Below, in pieces: positions 11,791 to 24,849 of a stretch of 64,000 nucleotides of DNA. Under the pieces are notes generated by a model. The model had not been told where the DNA came from. It did not search any database and saw only the letters and a list, made by a program, of their open reading frames with translations. The stretch is from Eledone cirrhosa. Its lineage: Eukaryota. The translations under genes and the position numbers were made by a program. Within the stretch, counting starts at the first letter, position 1, and the number at the start of each line of letters is the position of its first letter. The stretch spans positions 26,722,001-26,786,000 of the forward strand of contig OZ024755.1 of assembly GCA_964016885.1 (NCBI GenBank). Reading direction: 5' to 3'.

Positions 11791-13514
11791 AATTATAATG
11801 ATGCAAATATGCAACGAATATTTAATATATGGTTAATACAGAAATACTATCGATTATTTTAGCTTAGAATGCGTAATATTCTCAAAATCTAAATTCATAC
11901 ATTATAGACTTCACCGTGAAATAATATACTCTTTCTAGTAATAATATACAGTACTGGCTGCGTTTAAAAGTGACATTGCCATAATTTTAAAATCCGTCTC
12001 TTCACACCCTGACAACCAGATATACACCTTTCTCACATCATTTTGATGGACGACGGGAAAAATTCCATGAATATTAATACGGATCATTTTATTTTTTCGT
12101 GACAAAATGTTATCCTTTAAAGGGCAATAAAAACGTTTTCATTGCAAATTTGTTTCTTTCGTTGATAGAACAAATAAAGTTTTAGGAAATACCATAGCCG
12201 ACAAAACTGTCTCAGGTATTTTTTCATTAACCAACAGGAGAGAAAAGCAGCTTTGAACCCAAAACGCTGAAAGACGGAGCTGAAGATAATAAAACATCTT
12301 ATAGATTTATATTTTGTTTCATCTCCACTGCCAATAAATATTTGGGGGAACGGAAAAAGTCGATTAAATCGACTCCTGTGCTTTACTGGTACTTTATTTT
12401 ATCGACCTCCGTACGGATGAGACCTCGATGGAATTTGAACTCATACTGCTAATCGACTACCCTTATGTAACAATAATAATAAACATCCTTTCAACTTCGA
12501 TATAAGATTTTTTTAACAAGTTGTTAATGTAATATGTTGCGAAAATAAGGTCTTTAGTATTAGGCCCTTTATGGGCTCTATTTGGCAATTGTAAACAAAT
12601 AAGATGTATGCTAAATCCGAAAAACCCAAATAGCAGAAAATAAGTATAATGGTTTCTAATTTAGGCACAAAGCCAGCAATAAGATGGGAAGATGAAAGTA
12701 AATTATATTTACTCCATTATTTCACCGGTACATTTTTAATCAACCCGGAAAGATGAAAAGCTAAGTTGTGCTTAGCTGGTTTTGTAATCAGAGCGTAGGT
12801 TGAACGTAAGTTGAACGTAGGTTGTAATCGCAACGCAGAAAAGCGGAAGGTGAATTAGCGCCAGATATTGACTGAGCGTTTCCTTTCTGTTCCGGTTGGT
12901 ATTAAGTCTTTCCTTGGTACTCGGACTACTGTTTTCCTCTGCCAAATCGGAAGTAAGACATCACGCCTCCGGAATTGGAATGGGGTATTCGGGCGGTATC
13001 GCATTCTGTTCTCCACAACAATGCTTTCACCATTGTGTCCAAGATAAACTATCCAGCCAAAAGTGAAGAGTTTTCCCCTTCCCCAAAGCCTATTTTACAT
13101 TTTTATTTAATTTTTCTCTTTCGTTTTTTTTTAATGTTTTTTTGTTGTTGTTTTTTTTTTTCAATTTTGTAAATGCATTCTTAAAATATTGTTTAATAAA
13201 GAATTTACAAATTGCTAATCCACTTTATAAATACAAAACTTCAACGAATGAAAAACAATTCTGAAAATTCGAAAGAGCTAACGGCTTTTCGAACAGTAAC
13301 GCCTTAAGCTTTAATTAGTTTCTTTAACTTATCACTACATCTTTACTTGTGAAATTTAATAAATCTCACTACGCTGTTTCGTTGTTTTTATTCAGAAATC
13401 TTTAATTCTACAACATTGTCTTACCTTTCCAATCAGTAACTGCTAGAATCTCAATCCTGGATGAAAATGTAGCATGTTTTATAGAAGTATCCACCACAAA
13501 GTAATAGTGAAGTA

Positions 13515-13765
13515 ATAGCTATGTGGTTAGAAGCATCGACTCACAATCGGTAAGTTGTGAGTTCGATTCTTGAGGGAAACACTTTATTTCACGTTGCTCC
13601 AGTCCATTCTAATGGCAAAAATGGGTTGTACCGGTAATTTAAAGAACAAGACTTGCAATACCGTGTTACTTTGAATATTTCTGAGAATCACGTTAATTTC
13701 ATGAGCAGGCCATTGATTGAATCAACTGCTGCAATAGTCGTCGGAAACGACGGAAGTCCAACAGC
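13515..13765 (+). mobile_element. tRNA-derived SINE, family B
   Basis: A-box-like TAGCTATGTGG, B box GTTCGATTC, body homologous to 22495-22820, 27185-27430 and 56140-56432. Confidence 0.75.
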
Positions 13766-13770
13766 ATATA

Positions 13771-13955
13771 CGAGGATCGGCTGAAAAGTTCATAAGCTGA
13801 CCAAGATACTCTCATGAAATGACCAAATGAGGTTTACTTTTCAACATAGTCCCTGCAGTTATTAATAAGAAGAGTTGAAATTAATGCGTGCAAGATTTCA
13901 CAGCTCTAGCATCACTCCTTCATAGTCAGCCTATGAACCTTTCAGCCCACCCTCG
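13771..13955. mobile_element. Mariner-type MITE
   Basis: TA|CGAGGATCGGCTGAAAAGTTCATA...TATGAACCTTTCAGCCCACCCTCG; second copy in the opposite orientation at 28000-28161. Confidence 0.8.
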
Positions 13956-13964
13956 TGTCTATAT

Positions 13965-14175
13965 TTTGGTTTCTGATTTAAGCACAAGGCCAATAATTTG
14001 GGGGTAGAGGAAAATCGATTAATACGACCCCAGTACATTACTAGTGCTTATTTTATCGACCCCATAAGGATGAAAGGCAAAGCTAATTTCGACAGGATTT
14101 GAACTCAGATTGTAAAGGGGCGTAACTCTGTGCCATAAAGCATGTCCGACACTCTACCTATACTGCCAACCACAC
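13965..14175 (-). mobile_element. tRNA-derived SINE, family A
   Basis: TGGCAGTAT..GTAGAG head, GAGTTCAAATCC B box, GCCTTTCATCCTT..GGGGTCGATAAAATAA core, GGCCTTGTGC tail. More than 20 full or partial copies occur in the window. Confidence 0.85.
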
Positions 14176-14688
14176 TCCTATCGTGTATGAATAACTAGAA
14201 ATCTCGTCGTTGGAATCGGCAGACGTTCAACACTAAAAAAAAAAAATGGATAGTTATCTATCTTCTACTTAAAGAAACGCCCTTGTGGCAAAGAAAGATG
14301 TCTATCTTCTACTTAAATGTATGTAAGCCGATGTAATATACTGAACCGTCATTGATCCATCATTAGAGACGTTAACACATACTGAGGCAAATATGAGGAG
14401 GTCATATGTAGAGATTCTTGCAAATAAAATATTTATGGAGATGCTCGCTTTCATATAGTGCAGGCTTGGCGGCATGATTCAGAATAGAGGCTTGTATGAA
14501 AGCTTGTATACCATGTTTGTGTTTGATAATATGGGAAAAGGTCATTGATGATGGATTAATAAATCCTGGAATATTATACTGTGTAGCGTTCTCACACGGT
14601 TATTGGGGTAGTTGTGATATGACCACAGCTTCAAATAACCACAGCGACTCGTATGAATGTTTATTATTCATAGACATATTGTATATGC

Positions 14689-14794
<106 letters not shown>

Positions 14795-14840
14795 CATACA
14801 TACATACATACATACATACATACATACATACATACATACA

Positions 14841-14867
<27 letters not shown>

Positions 14868-14872
<5 letters not shown>

Positions 14873-15088
14873 CCAACCCGCTTGGACCAAAGTATGACTG
14901 AACTTGGATTTGCGGACAAAAAGCGCAGCTCCCTAATTCATAGTCTACAAATGGCTGCGATAGCTGGCACCTTCAAAATTTGCAAAACATTCTTGCGATT
15001 CAAGGGATGACAATTTCTTTTCTTTTACAACCTTGCCACCAGGAAGGTGGCCGGTCAAAAAAATATACTCGAAATTAAGAGAAAGAGA
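14868..15088 (+). mobile_element. 3' end of an R4/Dong-like RLE element within a (TACA)n array
   Basis: Encodes [14 protein letters not shown]...LQMAAIAGTFKICKTFLRFKG*. Pure TACA repeats on both sides. Near-identical to 16393-16616. Confidence 0.85.
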
Positions 15089-15280
15089 TACATACATACA
15101 TACATACATACATACATACATACATACATACATACATACATACATACATACATACATGCATATACTACATACATATATACATACATATATATACATACAA
15201 ATATACATACATACATACATACATACATACATACATACATACATACATACATACATACATACATACATACATACATGCAT

Positions 15281-16616
15281 AATGGCGACCGTTGTGGTCA
15301 GTGTCCGATAATCGGACGTGTGTAATTACGGCTTACATGAAGGCAACATACCATATATTGGAAAAAGTTGAGCTACATTACGCGGTAAGATTACATACAA
15401 TAATTCTACATAAGTGTTTGAACTGTAAGTGTGTTGTAAAACACCTATTTATATGAACGATACATACACTTATGATATATGAACGATACATACACTTTAA
15501 CATATAAATGCAACGTTGTTATATTACATTTATAAAGAAATATACAAGTAACGTTTTCGATTCAGAAACAAAAACATAAGTGTTTGAACTGTGAATATGT
15601 TGTGAATGAGTTGTAGAATACCTATTTATATGAATGATACATAAACTTTAACATATAAATACAGCGTTGTTATATTATATTACATTCATAAAGAAATATA
15701 CTAAGTAACGGTTCTTTTTGTTCTCGATTCAAACGATTCAAGAACAACGTTTAAAACACAGTTGTAGAATTAAAAACTAACTGAAAAGAAATATTACCCA
15801 AGCTGTGAATAACTTTAAATTTGATTCTGACAGAACTTTGTCGAATCTTTTAAAGAAGATCATCGACTATTTTGAAAAATAAATACGAAATATTAGTGAA
15901 TAGACGAACTCATCATGGCAAAAAGTACAAGTCTCCTTCGACCAAATCGCAACTACAACCGTTGTATACAGTGGAGCTACGAGCTTAACAAAGTATTATA
16001 TGAAGCATACAAACAATCTGAACCCCAAAAGTTCGGTTTTATGCAAAGGCTAAAAACTTTATGGAACTCCAAACACCCAGAATTAGACTTTTCTCCAAAG
16101 CATTTAAATGAACAGGCAAAACGTATCATTAGATGTAAATTGATACATCTAACGGAATTGAGTGATACTACAAATACAGCCCTTGTAGACAACCACCCCA
16201 CCTCCACTGACAGACAAAGAGAATGGCCAGCTAAATCTAACAGTGAACAGCTCACCAACAATTTTGCTGAAATCCATCCCACTTCCACTGAAGAACAGCG
16301 AGAAAGGTCAGCTAACTCTAGTAGTAATTGTCACCACATCAACAACGAGGCTGAAATGCATGACTCTACTGAACAAACAGAACACCAAAAACTATATACC
16401 AACCCGCTTGGACCAAAGTATGACTGAACTTGGATTTGCGGACAAAAAGCGCAGCTCCCTAATTCATAGTCTACAAATGGCTGCGATAGCTGGCACCTTC
16501 AAAATTTGCAAAACATTCTTGCGATTCAAGGGATGACAATTTCTTTTCTTTTACAACCTTGCCACCAGGAAGGTGGCCGGTCAAAAAATAATATACTCGA
16601 AATTAAGAGAAAGAGA
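15281..16616 (+). mobile_element. Internally deleted R4/Dong-like element (putative 5' UTR plus ORF N-terminus joined to the last ~220 bp)
   Basis: Starts right after (TACA)n; N-terminal ORF from 15915; junction at ~16393 to the C-terminal YIP...KTFLRFKG* and 3' UTR; followed by degenerate TACA. Confidence 0.75.
15915..16427 (+). pseudogene. N-terminal (Myb-like DNA-binding) region of an R4/Dong-type ORF, truncated by deletion
   Basis: QWSYELNKVLYEAY...GFMQRLKTLWNSKHPEL...LNEQAKRII.KLI matches the W..E.N...Y...RL...W..HP...L.DQ.R.I pattern recalled for R4-clade N-termini; no RT follows. Confidence 0.65.
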
Positions 16617-16883
16617 TAACATATATACAAACACACATGCAAATATACATACATACATATATATAAACATACATACATACATATAAACATACATACATAC
16701 ATATATACATATAAACATACATACATACAAACACATACATACAAGGATACCTACATACATGCATACACGCACAAACATACATATACGTACATACATACAT
16801 ACACACACATACATACATTCACATACAGACAGACACACACATATACACACACATACATACAGACACATATATACATACATACA

Positions 16884-17176
16884 TACAAGTACAATCCATT
16901 AATGGAACAGTAAAAATATGTAAAACATTCCAAAAATGTTGCATCTAATAACTGCATATACACTTGTACAGATACAAAGCATATACACATGCACACATAC
17001 AACTCAAAACATACACATCCACACATACAATAACATCCATATCTACACATGCAGACATACATACATATCTACCTAGTTGATGTTGTGTAAATTCCAATGA
17101 GAGAATCTTGTGTCTATGTTAGAAACCGACTCTCTCTCTCTATTGGTAAAAGTTTGTGAAATTATAAAACCAGAAG
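16884..17176 (+). mobile_element. 3' end of a second R4/Dong-like family (same family as 2420-3350) in TACA repeats
   Basis: QVQSINGTVKICKTF.. plus a 3' UTR ending AAAACCAGAAG, matching the reverse complement of 2420-2720; TACA on both sides. Confidence 0.85.
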
Positions 17177-17331
17177 AACATACATACATACATACATACA
17201 CACATACATACATACATACATACATACATACATACATACAGACACACACATATACACATACATACATACAGACACACACATATACACACACACACATACA
17301 TACATACATTCATACATACATACATACAGAC

Positions 17332-17366
<35 letters not shown>

Positions 17367-17428
17367 TACATACATACACACCCACCCACCCACACACACA
17401 TACATACATACATACATACATACATACA

Positions 17429-17461
<33 letters not shown>

Positions 17462-17734
17462 GACACCCAAATCATAGACAAACGCAATCATCCGTAAACT
17501 GCAGTAATAAAAAGTATAAACGAACCTGTTCACACAGCATCCTCTCACAGAGGCCATATATGAAACAGGCCACTATTCTAAATGCATCGATGGTCTTATA
17601 GGAAATCGATTTTTTTCTTGTATTGGCAAGCAATTCATTGAGAAGTCAGTCAAAATTTCCAACCTCCAGACCTTAGAATAATGATAAATTAATCATCTTA
17701 TCTAGTGTCTGCAGCGAACTTCGTTTGGGCTCTT

Positions 17735-17750
17735 CTTGTGTGTGTGTGCG

Positions 17751-17802
<52 letters not shown>

Positions 17803-17916
17803 CGCGCGCGCGCGTGAATGTGTGTGTATATGACTGTATGTGTGTGTGTGTGTATATATGTATATATATATATATATAAACATATATATATATAGGTATG
17901 TGTGTGTGTATGTATG

Positions 17917-17978
<62 letters not shown>

Positions 17979-18152
17979 AGTGTGTGTGAATTTAATTGTG
18001 TGTATATATGTATGTGCGTGTATGTTTGTGTATGTATGTGTGTGTGTGTGTGCGCGCGTGAATGTGTGTGTGTATATATATATATATATATGCACATATA
18101 TATAAAATATATATATATATGTGTGTGTGTGTATGTATGTATATATAAATAT

Positions 18153-18251
<99 letters not shown>

Positions 18252-18425
18252 AGTGTGTGTGAATGTAATTGTGTGTATATATGTATGTGTATGTGTGTGT
18301 ATGTTTGTGTATGTGTGTGTGCCTGAATGTGTTTATATGTGTGTATATATATATATGTGCGTGTGAGTGTGTATGTTTATGTATGTGTGTGTGTGTTTGT
18401 GAGTGAATGTGTGTATGTTTGTGAT
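17735..18425. repeat. Compound TG/TA/CA microsatellite block
   Basis: Direct reading. Confidence 0.9.
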
Positions 18426-18676
18426 TGTGGTCTTTTACTTTTCATCTTTCACTGTAGTAACGAACTAGCTGTAGTTTTATTGTTGTTTTCTCTTATTTGT
18501 TTTTATCCTTCGTGAAAATAATGCCATTTAGAAACCAACGAGGAAGCCTCTATGTGGTCGTTCAAGTTGCAATAAAGACCAACCAAATTTGTCACAAATG
18601 ACACATTGCTGTTTTTAAAAGGTAGAACACATTGGCTATTATAGTCCAGTAGGTGAGCCTTTAAGTGGTTTCCCTC

Positions 18677-19915
18677 TTAACATAGAAATAAATCTACCTC
18701 AAACAACACCCTTCTATCTTAACATGGAAATACATCTACCTCAAACTACACCGTTCTATCTTAACATAGAAATACATCTACCTCAAACTACACCGTTCTA
18801 TCTTAACATAGAAATACATCTACCTCAAACAACACCCTTCCCTCTTAACATGGAAATAAATCTACCTCAAACTACACCGTTCTATCTTAACATAGAAATA
18901 CATCTACCTCAAATTACACCCTTCTATCTTAACATGGAAATAAATCTACCTCAAACAACACCGTTCTATCTTCACAGAAATACATCTACCTCAAACTACA
19001 CCGTTCTATCTTCACATAGAAATACATCTACCTCAAACAACACCGTTCTATCTTAACATAGAAATAAATCTACCTCAAACAACACCGTTCTATCTTAACA
19101 TAGAAATCATCTACCTCAAACTACACCGTTCTATCTTAACATAGAAATCATCTACCTCAAACTATACCGTTCTATCTTAACATAGAAATCATCTACCTCA
19201 AACAACACCGATCTATCTTAACATAGAAATACATCTACCTCAAACAACACCGTTCTATCTTAACATAGAAATCATCTACCTCAAACTACACCGTTCTATC
19301 TTAACAGAAATAAATCTACCTCAAACAACACCGTTCTATCTTAACATAGAAATCATCTACCTCAAACTACACCGTTCTATCTTAACATAGAAATACATCT
19401 ACCTCAAACAACACCGTTCTATCTTAACATAGAAGTACATCTACCTCAAACAACACCGTTCTATCTTAACATAGAAATCATCTACCTCAAACAACACCGT
19501 TCTATCTTAACATAAAAATACATCTACCTCAAACAACACCGTTCTATCTTAACATAGAAATCATCTACCTCAAACTACACCCTTCTATCTTAACATAGAA
19601 ATACATCTACCTCAAACAACACCGTTCTATCTTAACATAGAAGTACATCTACCTCAAACAACACCGTTCTATCTTAACATAGAAATCATCTACCTCAAAC
19701 AACACCGTTCTATCTTAACATAGAAATACATCTACCTCAAACAACACCGTTCTATCTTAACATAGAAATACATCTACCTCAAACAACACCCTTCTATCTT
19801 AACATGGAAATAAATCTACCTCAAACACCGGTCTATCTTAACATGGAAATAAATCTACCTCAAACACCGGTCTATCTTAACATGGAAATAAATCTACCTC
19901 AAACTACACCCTTAA
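18677..19915. repeat. 41-42-bp minisatellite, ~30 copies
   Basis: Unit AACATAGAAATACATCTACCTCAAAC(A/T)ACACCGTTCTATCTT. Confidence 0.97.
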
Positions 19916-19994
19916 CAACATCTTAACAAATGAAGGACATATATGTTAAAGAAGTGCTAAAATAAGCTTTAAAAAATGAAATTGCCATAATTTA

Positions 19995-20315
19995 AAGTGT
20001 GGTTTAGTTGTATGGGTAGAGCGTTCGGTTTACAATCGTGAGATTGTGAATTCGATTCCGGGATCGGAGTGTGTGTTGTGTCCTTCAGCAAGACACTATA
20101 TTTCAGGCTGTTCCAATTCACTCAACTGTAGAAATGAATAGCGACGTCACTTGTGCAAACTATATTGGTCTTAACATCGATGGTGGAGAGAGGGGAGACT
20201 GGCATGCATGTGGGACTGCTCGTCTTCCGCAAAGAGACCTTGCCCGGGCATCTGCCTCGGAAGAAAGCTTTCCAAGTTTATAGTCATTCATGGCTGAAGG
20301 GGCTCTTTACCCTTT
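19995..20315 (+). mobile_element. tRNA-derived SINE (B-type head, distinct tail)
   Basis: GTGTGGTTTAGTTG..GGTAGAGCG...TTCGATTCC head; tail ends in CTTTACC. Confidence 0.6.
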
Positions 20316-20499
20316 TTTTTTTTTACCATAATTTAAACATCTTTCATCATAGACCTTCTAGTTTAGGACCGATCCGAGACTAAACAGTAACAATGCCATA
20401 CTGACTGACATATTAGTCCATTATAACAGCTGGCGCTCTATAGAGAAAGTATGGATGTATTCAAGATTTAGTTAATACAAAGATAGAGGCGCTGTTTGA

Positions 20500-20760
20500 C
20501 TCACGGTGTTTCTTGGGCATTTTAAGCCTAGCTGAACCCATGCTTTTCCAGGCTTTAATACAGCAGATTTCTTCCAGGAAAGATAGAAATAAGAGAGAGG
20601 AAATGAGAAAGAAATATAGAGGAAGAATCGACCCCAGTACTAGACTGGTACTTCTTTTATCGACCTCGAAAGGATAAAAAGCAAAGTTGATCTCGGTGGG
20701 ATTTGAACTCAGAGAGCTGAGAGTTGGAACGAATACCATAAAGTATTCTATCAAAGAGAC
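20500..20760 (-). mobile_element. Family A SINE with alternative tail
   Basis: A core followed by GGAAGAAATCTGCTG...GGCTTAAAATGCCCAAGAAAC; same tail as 32945-33270 and 48650-49008. Confidence 0.7.
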
Positions 20761-20865
20761 CGATAAGTTATTATTAAGCGAAGTGTTAGCTGAAAAATTG
20801 TAGGTGTGAGATCAAATCACACTCGGATCGAATATTTCTTTTACATATCCGTTATCGATAAACAT

Positions 20866-21440
20866 TATGGGGAATTGGCAGTATCGGTAGAGGGTTGGAC
20901 GCCATGCTTTCTAGCACAGTTACGTCCCTTTACAGTCTGAGTTCAAATCCCGCCGAGGTTAACTTTGCCTTTCATCCTTCCGGGGTCGATAAAATAAAGT
21001 ACCAGTAATGCACTGGGTAATTGCTGGCCTGTGCCAAAAGTAGAAACAATTATTTAGTTGGCGGGGAATTGGCAGTATCGGTAGAGGGTTGGACGCCATG
21101 CTTTCTAGCAGTTACGTCCCTTTACAGTCTGAGTTCAAATCCCGCCGAGGTTAACTTTGCCTTTCATCCTTCCGGGGTCGATAAAATAAAGTACCAGTAA
21201 TGCACTGGTTAATTGCTGGCCTGTGCCAAAAGTAGAAACAATTATTTAGTTGGCGGGGAATTGGCAGTATCGGTAGAGGGTTGGACGCCATGCTTTCTAG
21301 CACAGTTACGTCCCTTTACAGTCTGGGTTCAAATCCCGCCGAGGTTAACTTTGCCTTTCATCCTTCTGGGGTCGATAAAATAAAGTACCAGTAATGCACT
21401 GGATAATTGCTGGCCTTGTGCCTAAAGTAGAAACAATTAT
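20866..21440 (+). mobile_element. Head-to-tail trimer of family A SINE
   Basis: Units start near 20869, 21064 and 21255 and share variants GGGAATTGGCAG and CTTTCTAGCA. Confidence 0.92.
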
Positions 21441-22494
21441 GTTTATATAATATATCAAGATCGATACAATTTTCTTCACTCTTTTTTTCTTCTAGATATA
21501 TTCTATCAAATAATAGGACAGGAGATGAGTAATCATTCTCTGATGAAGATCTAAGAAGACAAAAAAATAATAATATCTACTCCATTATTTCTGCTGCCGG
21601 AGAGATAAAAACTTGCTGTTAAAAATGTATGTTTACCAATAAATATATTCTTTACATAACATTTCAAGTTATAATATTTATTATATAAATTATAACGACC
21701 AAGCTGGTAGTTTTGATAAGGGTAAAAAGAAAAGGACGCCATTGTCACGTTAATGTCTTTAACAATTTTTTGGTGGAACCCTTTTTTTATGTTCTTCAAT
21801 TATTCAAATTTACTTTTGATAATCTTAAAGACATCATCTTAAACAAAAACAAAACAAAAATTCCAGCAACAGTATTTTTCTGGAGTTCGGATAAATTATT
21901 TATAGGATCTTGATACCTAGTTCGCATATCTGGTGTTCGGATAATTGAGTCAACACTCAGCAGTTTGTGTTTAGTAGAGAAATTAAATATATGTCAATAG
22001 AATAATTGTAGGTTTGTGGTATTACTACAACTAGGTCATTATTTCAAACTATATGGTAATTCCATGGAATAGTGGTGACGTAGGAACGAACTAGCCAGAA
22101 ACTTCTATAAACAGACTCTTATTTTCAATTGAAGTTATTGCTTTTTATGACATTAACTCTATGTTAATATACATTGATTTTCTGATTCAATTAATACATA
22201 GTAGAATGCAAACAGCCAAGTAAATGAGAAACAGGCCTATCAGTTTATCAACTGGGAACAAGTAGCAGATTCTCTATCTTTCTGAGATAGACCAACTTAC
22301 TACCAAACATGAGATTTATCTCTCATCTCATTGTTTCCTTGAATTTTATTTACACTTCGAACAAAGAACCCAGGTGAAACATCAGAATTGACCTCTCGTC
22401 ATAGAATACGAATATTATTAATTTCTAAATTATACAAAAGGTCGCATATTTTGTGGAAGGGACTAGTCGTTTATTTGAATAGTACATATTTCAT

Positions 22495-22820
22495 TGTGAA
22501 GGCGCGTGGCTTAGTGGTTAGGGTATTCGGTTCACGAAGACCCTTATAAGTTCGATTCACGGCCGTGCCTCGTGACCTTGAATAAGACACTTTATTTCAA
22601 GTTCAACCAGTTTATTCAGGTGGAAGAAATGAGTTGTACCTGTAATTCGAAGGAGATAGCCTTGTCACATTTTGTGTCACGCTGAATCTCCCCGAGAACT
22701 ACGTTAAGTCTGAACGTATCTGTTGAATCCTTAGACACTTGCACGTTAATTCCACGAGCAGGCTTTTCCATTGATCGGATCAACTGAAACACTCGTTGTC
22801 GTGGCCGACGGATTGCCAGT
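22495..22820 (+). mobile_element. Family B SINE inserted inside a minus-strand family A copy
   Basis: GGCGCGTGGCTTAGTGGTTAGGG...GTTCGATT head; family A tail at ~22420-22480 and core at ~22830-22940 flank it. Confidence 0.8.
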
Positions 22821-23949
22821 TAGTTACATATTTTATCGACCTCAAAAAGGTGAAAGGCAAATTGACCTCAGTGTGATTGGAACTCAAATATACACTCAAT
22901 GATACGTGGAACAATATTGCCAGATATTTTGTTCGACGCATTAAAATAATTTCACTTTATTTATTTACCAACTATTCTAACTGAATGCTATCTATGAGAG
23001 GAAAGACAGAAAAATGCTGACAATGTATTGGAACAACTTTTGAACAATGCATTTAGTGGGAGAATTGTGACAGTTTAAGTAGTTATTGAAAGCAACTAGC
23101 AACAAAATTAGATTTATATTGAATAAGAAGTTACTAATGAGACTGAGCGCAAAAGAGTTTATCATACGAATTAATAGCAGCTTCATACATCAGGTTCACT
23201 ACGTCAACAGAGCTCGATTGTCAGGTGTTAATAAGTGAAACAGGCTTCGTTCCGTGTATGACAAATTTCCCCAGTTTAATTAGAAATTAATTATGAGAAG
23301 AATGATATCCACAAATTACCTGACTAAAATAAGTCGAGGCAAAACAGCTTGAATTTGTCTTCAAGAGAAATTCGTTGTTCTAGTATTGATTTCTGATTCA
23401 GACACAAGGCCAGAAAATGTTGTGTGTGTGTGTGTGTAGCGGAGTGGGGGTGTAAAGCTCTTTAAATCAACCCACCACTTAACTGGTACTTTATTTTAAC
23501 GACACCAGAAGGATAAAAGGCAACGTTGTCTTCGGTGAGATTCGAACTCAGAATGTAAAGAGCCAGAAGAAATAACGCAATAGTATTTTATTCAACGCTC
23601 TACCAATTCTGCCACTTCATTACTCTCTTCGTTGTTATAATGCTAGAGTTCTAATATTGAGTAAAGAGTAGAAATGAACTATAGTATAGTTAACATTGTT
23701 AATGTGGAAAGGTTGAGTTTTCACTTTTTGTTAAATAGTTTGCACTGTGAATCACTGTTTTAATTACAAAAGACTAAGGACATGAGAAAAGGTCTAACGT
23801 CTTTGTCGAGCCTGGAGGGTCATCAGACTGGTGCTTATGCCGGTTTCCGTGGCATGAAGCGACGGAAAATACAAGACTCTCCCTGCACAGGACGCCAGAC
23901 CATCTCAGGGTCTATTGCTGGTACTCATTTTCAGCGCACAACAGAAATC

Positions 23950-24845
23950 TCTGGGTTCAGAGAACGTGAGGCCGCCGGTGAGACGTGGGACCGGCCGGGA
24001 CTTAGCCCAGTAGACGTCCCTCCTCCTTCTCCCCCCTGTTGATGTCAAGTCCCCCCCCAACGCAATTGGGATGCCATCCAGTGCAGCCTGGCCTCAGACA
24101 GGCTCACGCGCCAGCTCGACCAGCACCGCCTTGCTTGTTTTCGTGCGGCCTCCAAACCTCACAGTGGTGCCTGGCTCCATGCCCTGCCCTCCTTCTCCAC
24201 TGGCACGCAGCTAGACAACCATATCCTGCGCATCGGCGTTTCCCTGAGGCTCGGCCTCCGGAACTGCCAGCCACACCAATGTCGCTGCGGTTACATCGTG
24301 GACTCTTTCGGCCTCCACCCGCTTTCCTGTTGCCACAGTGCCGGCCGCATTCCACGCCATGCTGCCCTCAAAGAGGTCATTAAGCATGGCTTGAACGCTG
24401 CAGGCTTCCCTTCCCAGCTCGAGCCGGTGGGGCTGGATCGAGGGGACGGCAAAAGGCCAGATGACATGATCATCTTCCTGTTCCGCGGTAGCAAACCCCT
24501 CGTCTGAGATGTCACTTGCACCGACACTTTCTGCAGCCGCAACCTGGTGCAGTCTGCGACTGACCCAGGTTCTGCTGCACGTCGGTCTGAGAGGGCCAAA
24601 CTGCTCAAATACCGGTCGCTCTCCGACAGGTTTGCGGTCGTACCCCTGGCAGTGGAGACTTCTGGTGTCCTCGGCCCCAGGGCTACCTCCTTACTCACCA
24701 CCATAGGCGCTCAGCTGGCCAGCCGCAGGTGTGAGCCCCGTGAGTTGGAGTGACTCTTCCAGCGCGTCTCCCTCGCCGTCCTTCGGGGGAACGCCTTCTT
24801 CATTCTGTCCGCCGAGGCTGTGGGTGGGCCCCATCGCGTATCGTT
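23950..24845 (+). mobile_element. CRE-clade RLE non-LTR retrotransposon 3' fragment
   Basis: SGAWLHALP, LRLG..CRCG...GLHPLSC..SAGRIPRHAAL, EPVGLDRGDGKRPD, DVTC.DT, K..KY, VPLAVETSGVLG, LFQRVSLAVLRGNA; has frameshifts and stops; GC-rich. Confidence 0.9.
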
Positions 24846-24849
24846 ATAG

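Noticed and set aside
12925-12990. Minus-strand YFRFGR resembling an RFamide neuropeptide
   Set aside because: It is a single short motif in a ~35-codon frame with no signal peptide or repeated peptides, so chance is likely.
15281-15360. HDV-like ribozyme at the 5' end of the deleted RLE element
   Set aside because: Small hairpins are present but I could not build the nested double pseudoknot by eye.
18677-19915. CRISPR-like appearance of the 42-bp, 41/43-bp and 115-bp arrays
   Set aside because: The units are contiguous with no unique spacers, there are no cas genes, and the context is eukaryotic.
21535-21570. Other CTGATGA occurrences (21540, 41643, 49595, 53273)
   Set aside because: None has a stem II followed by GAAA and a pairing stem I.
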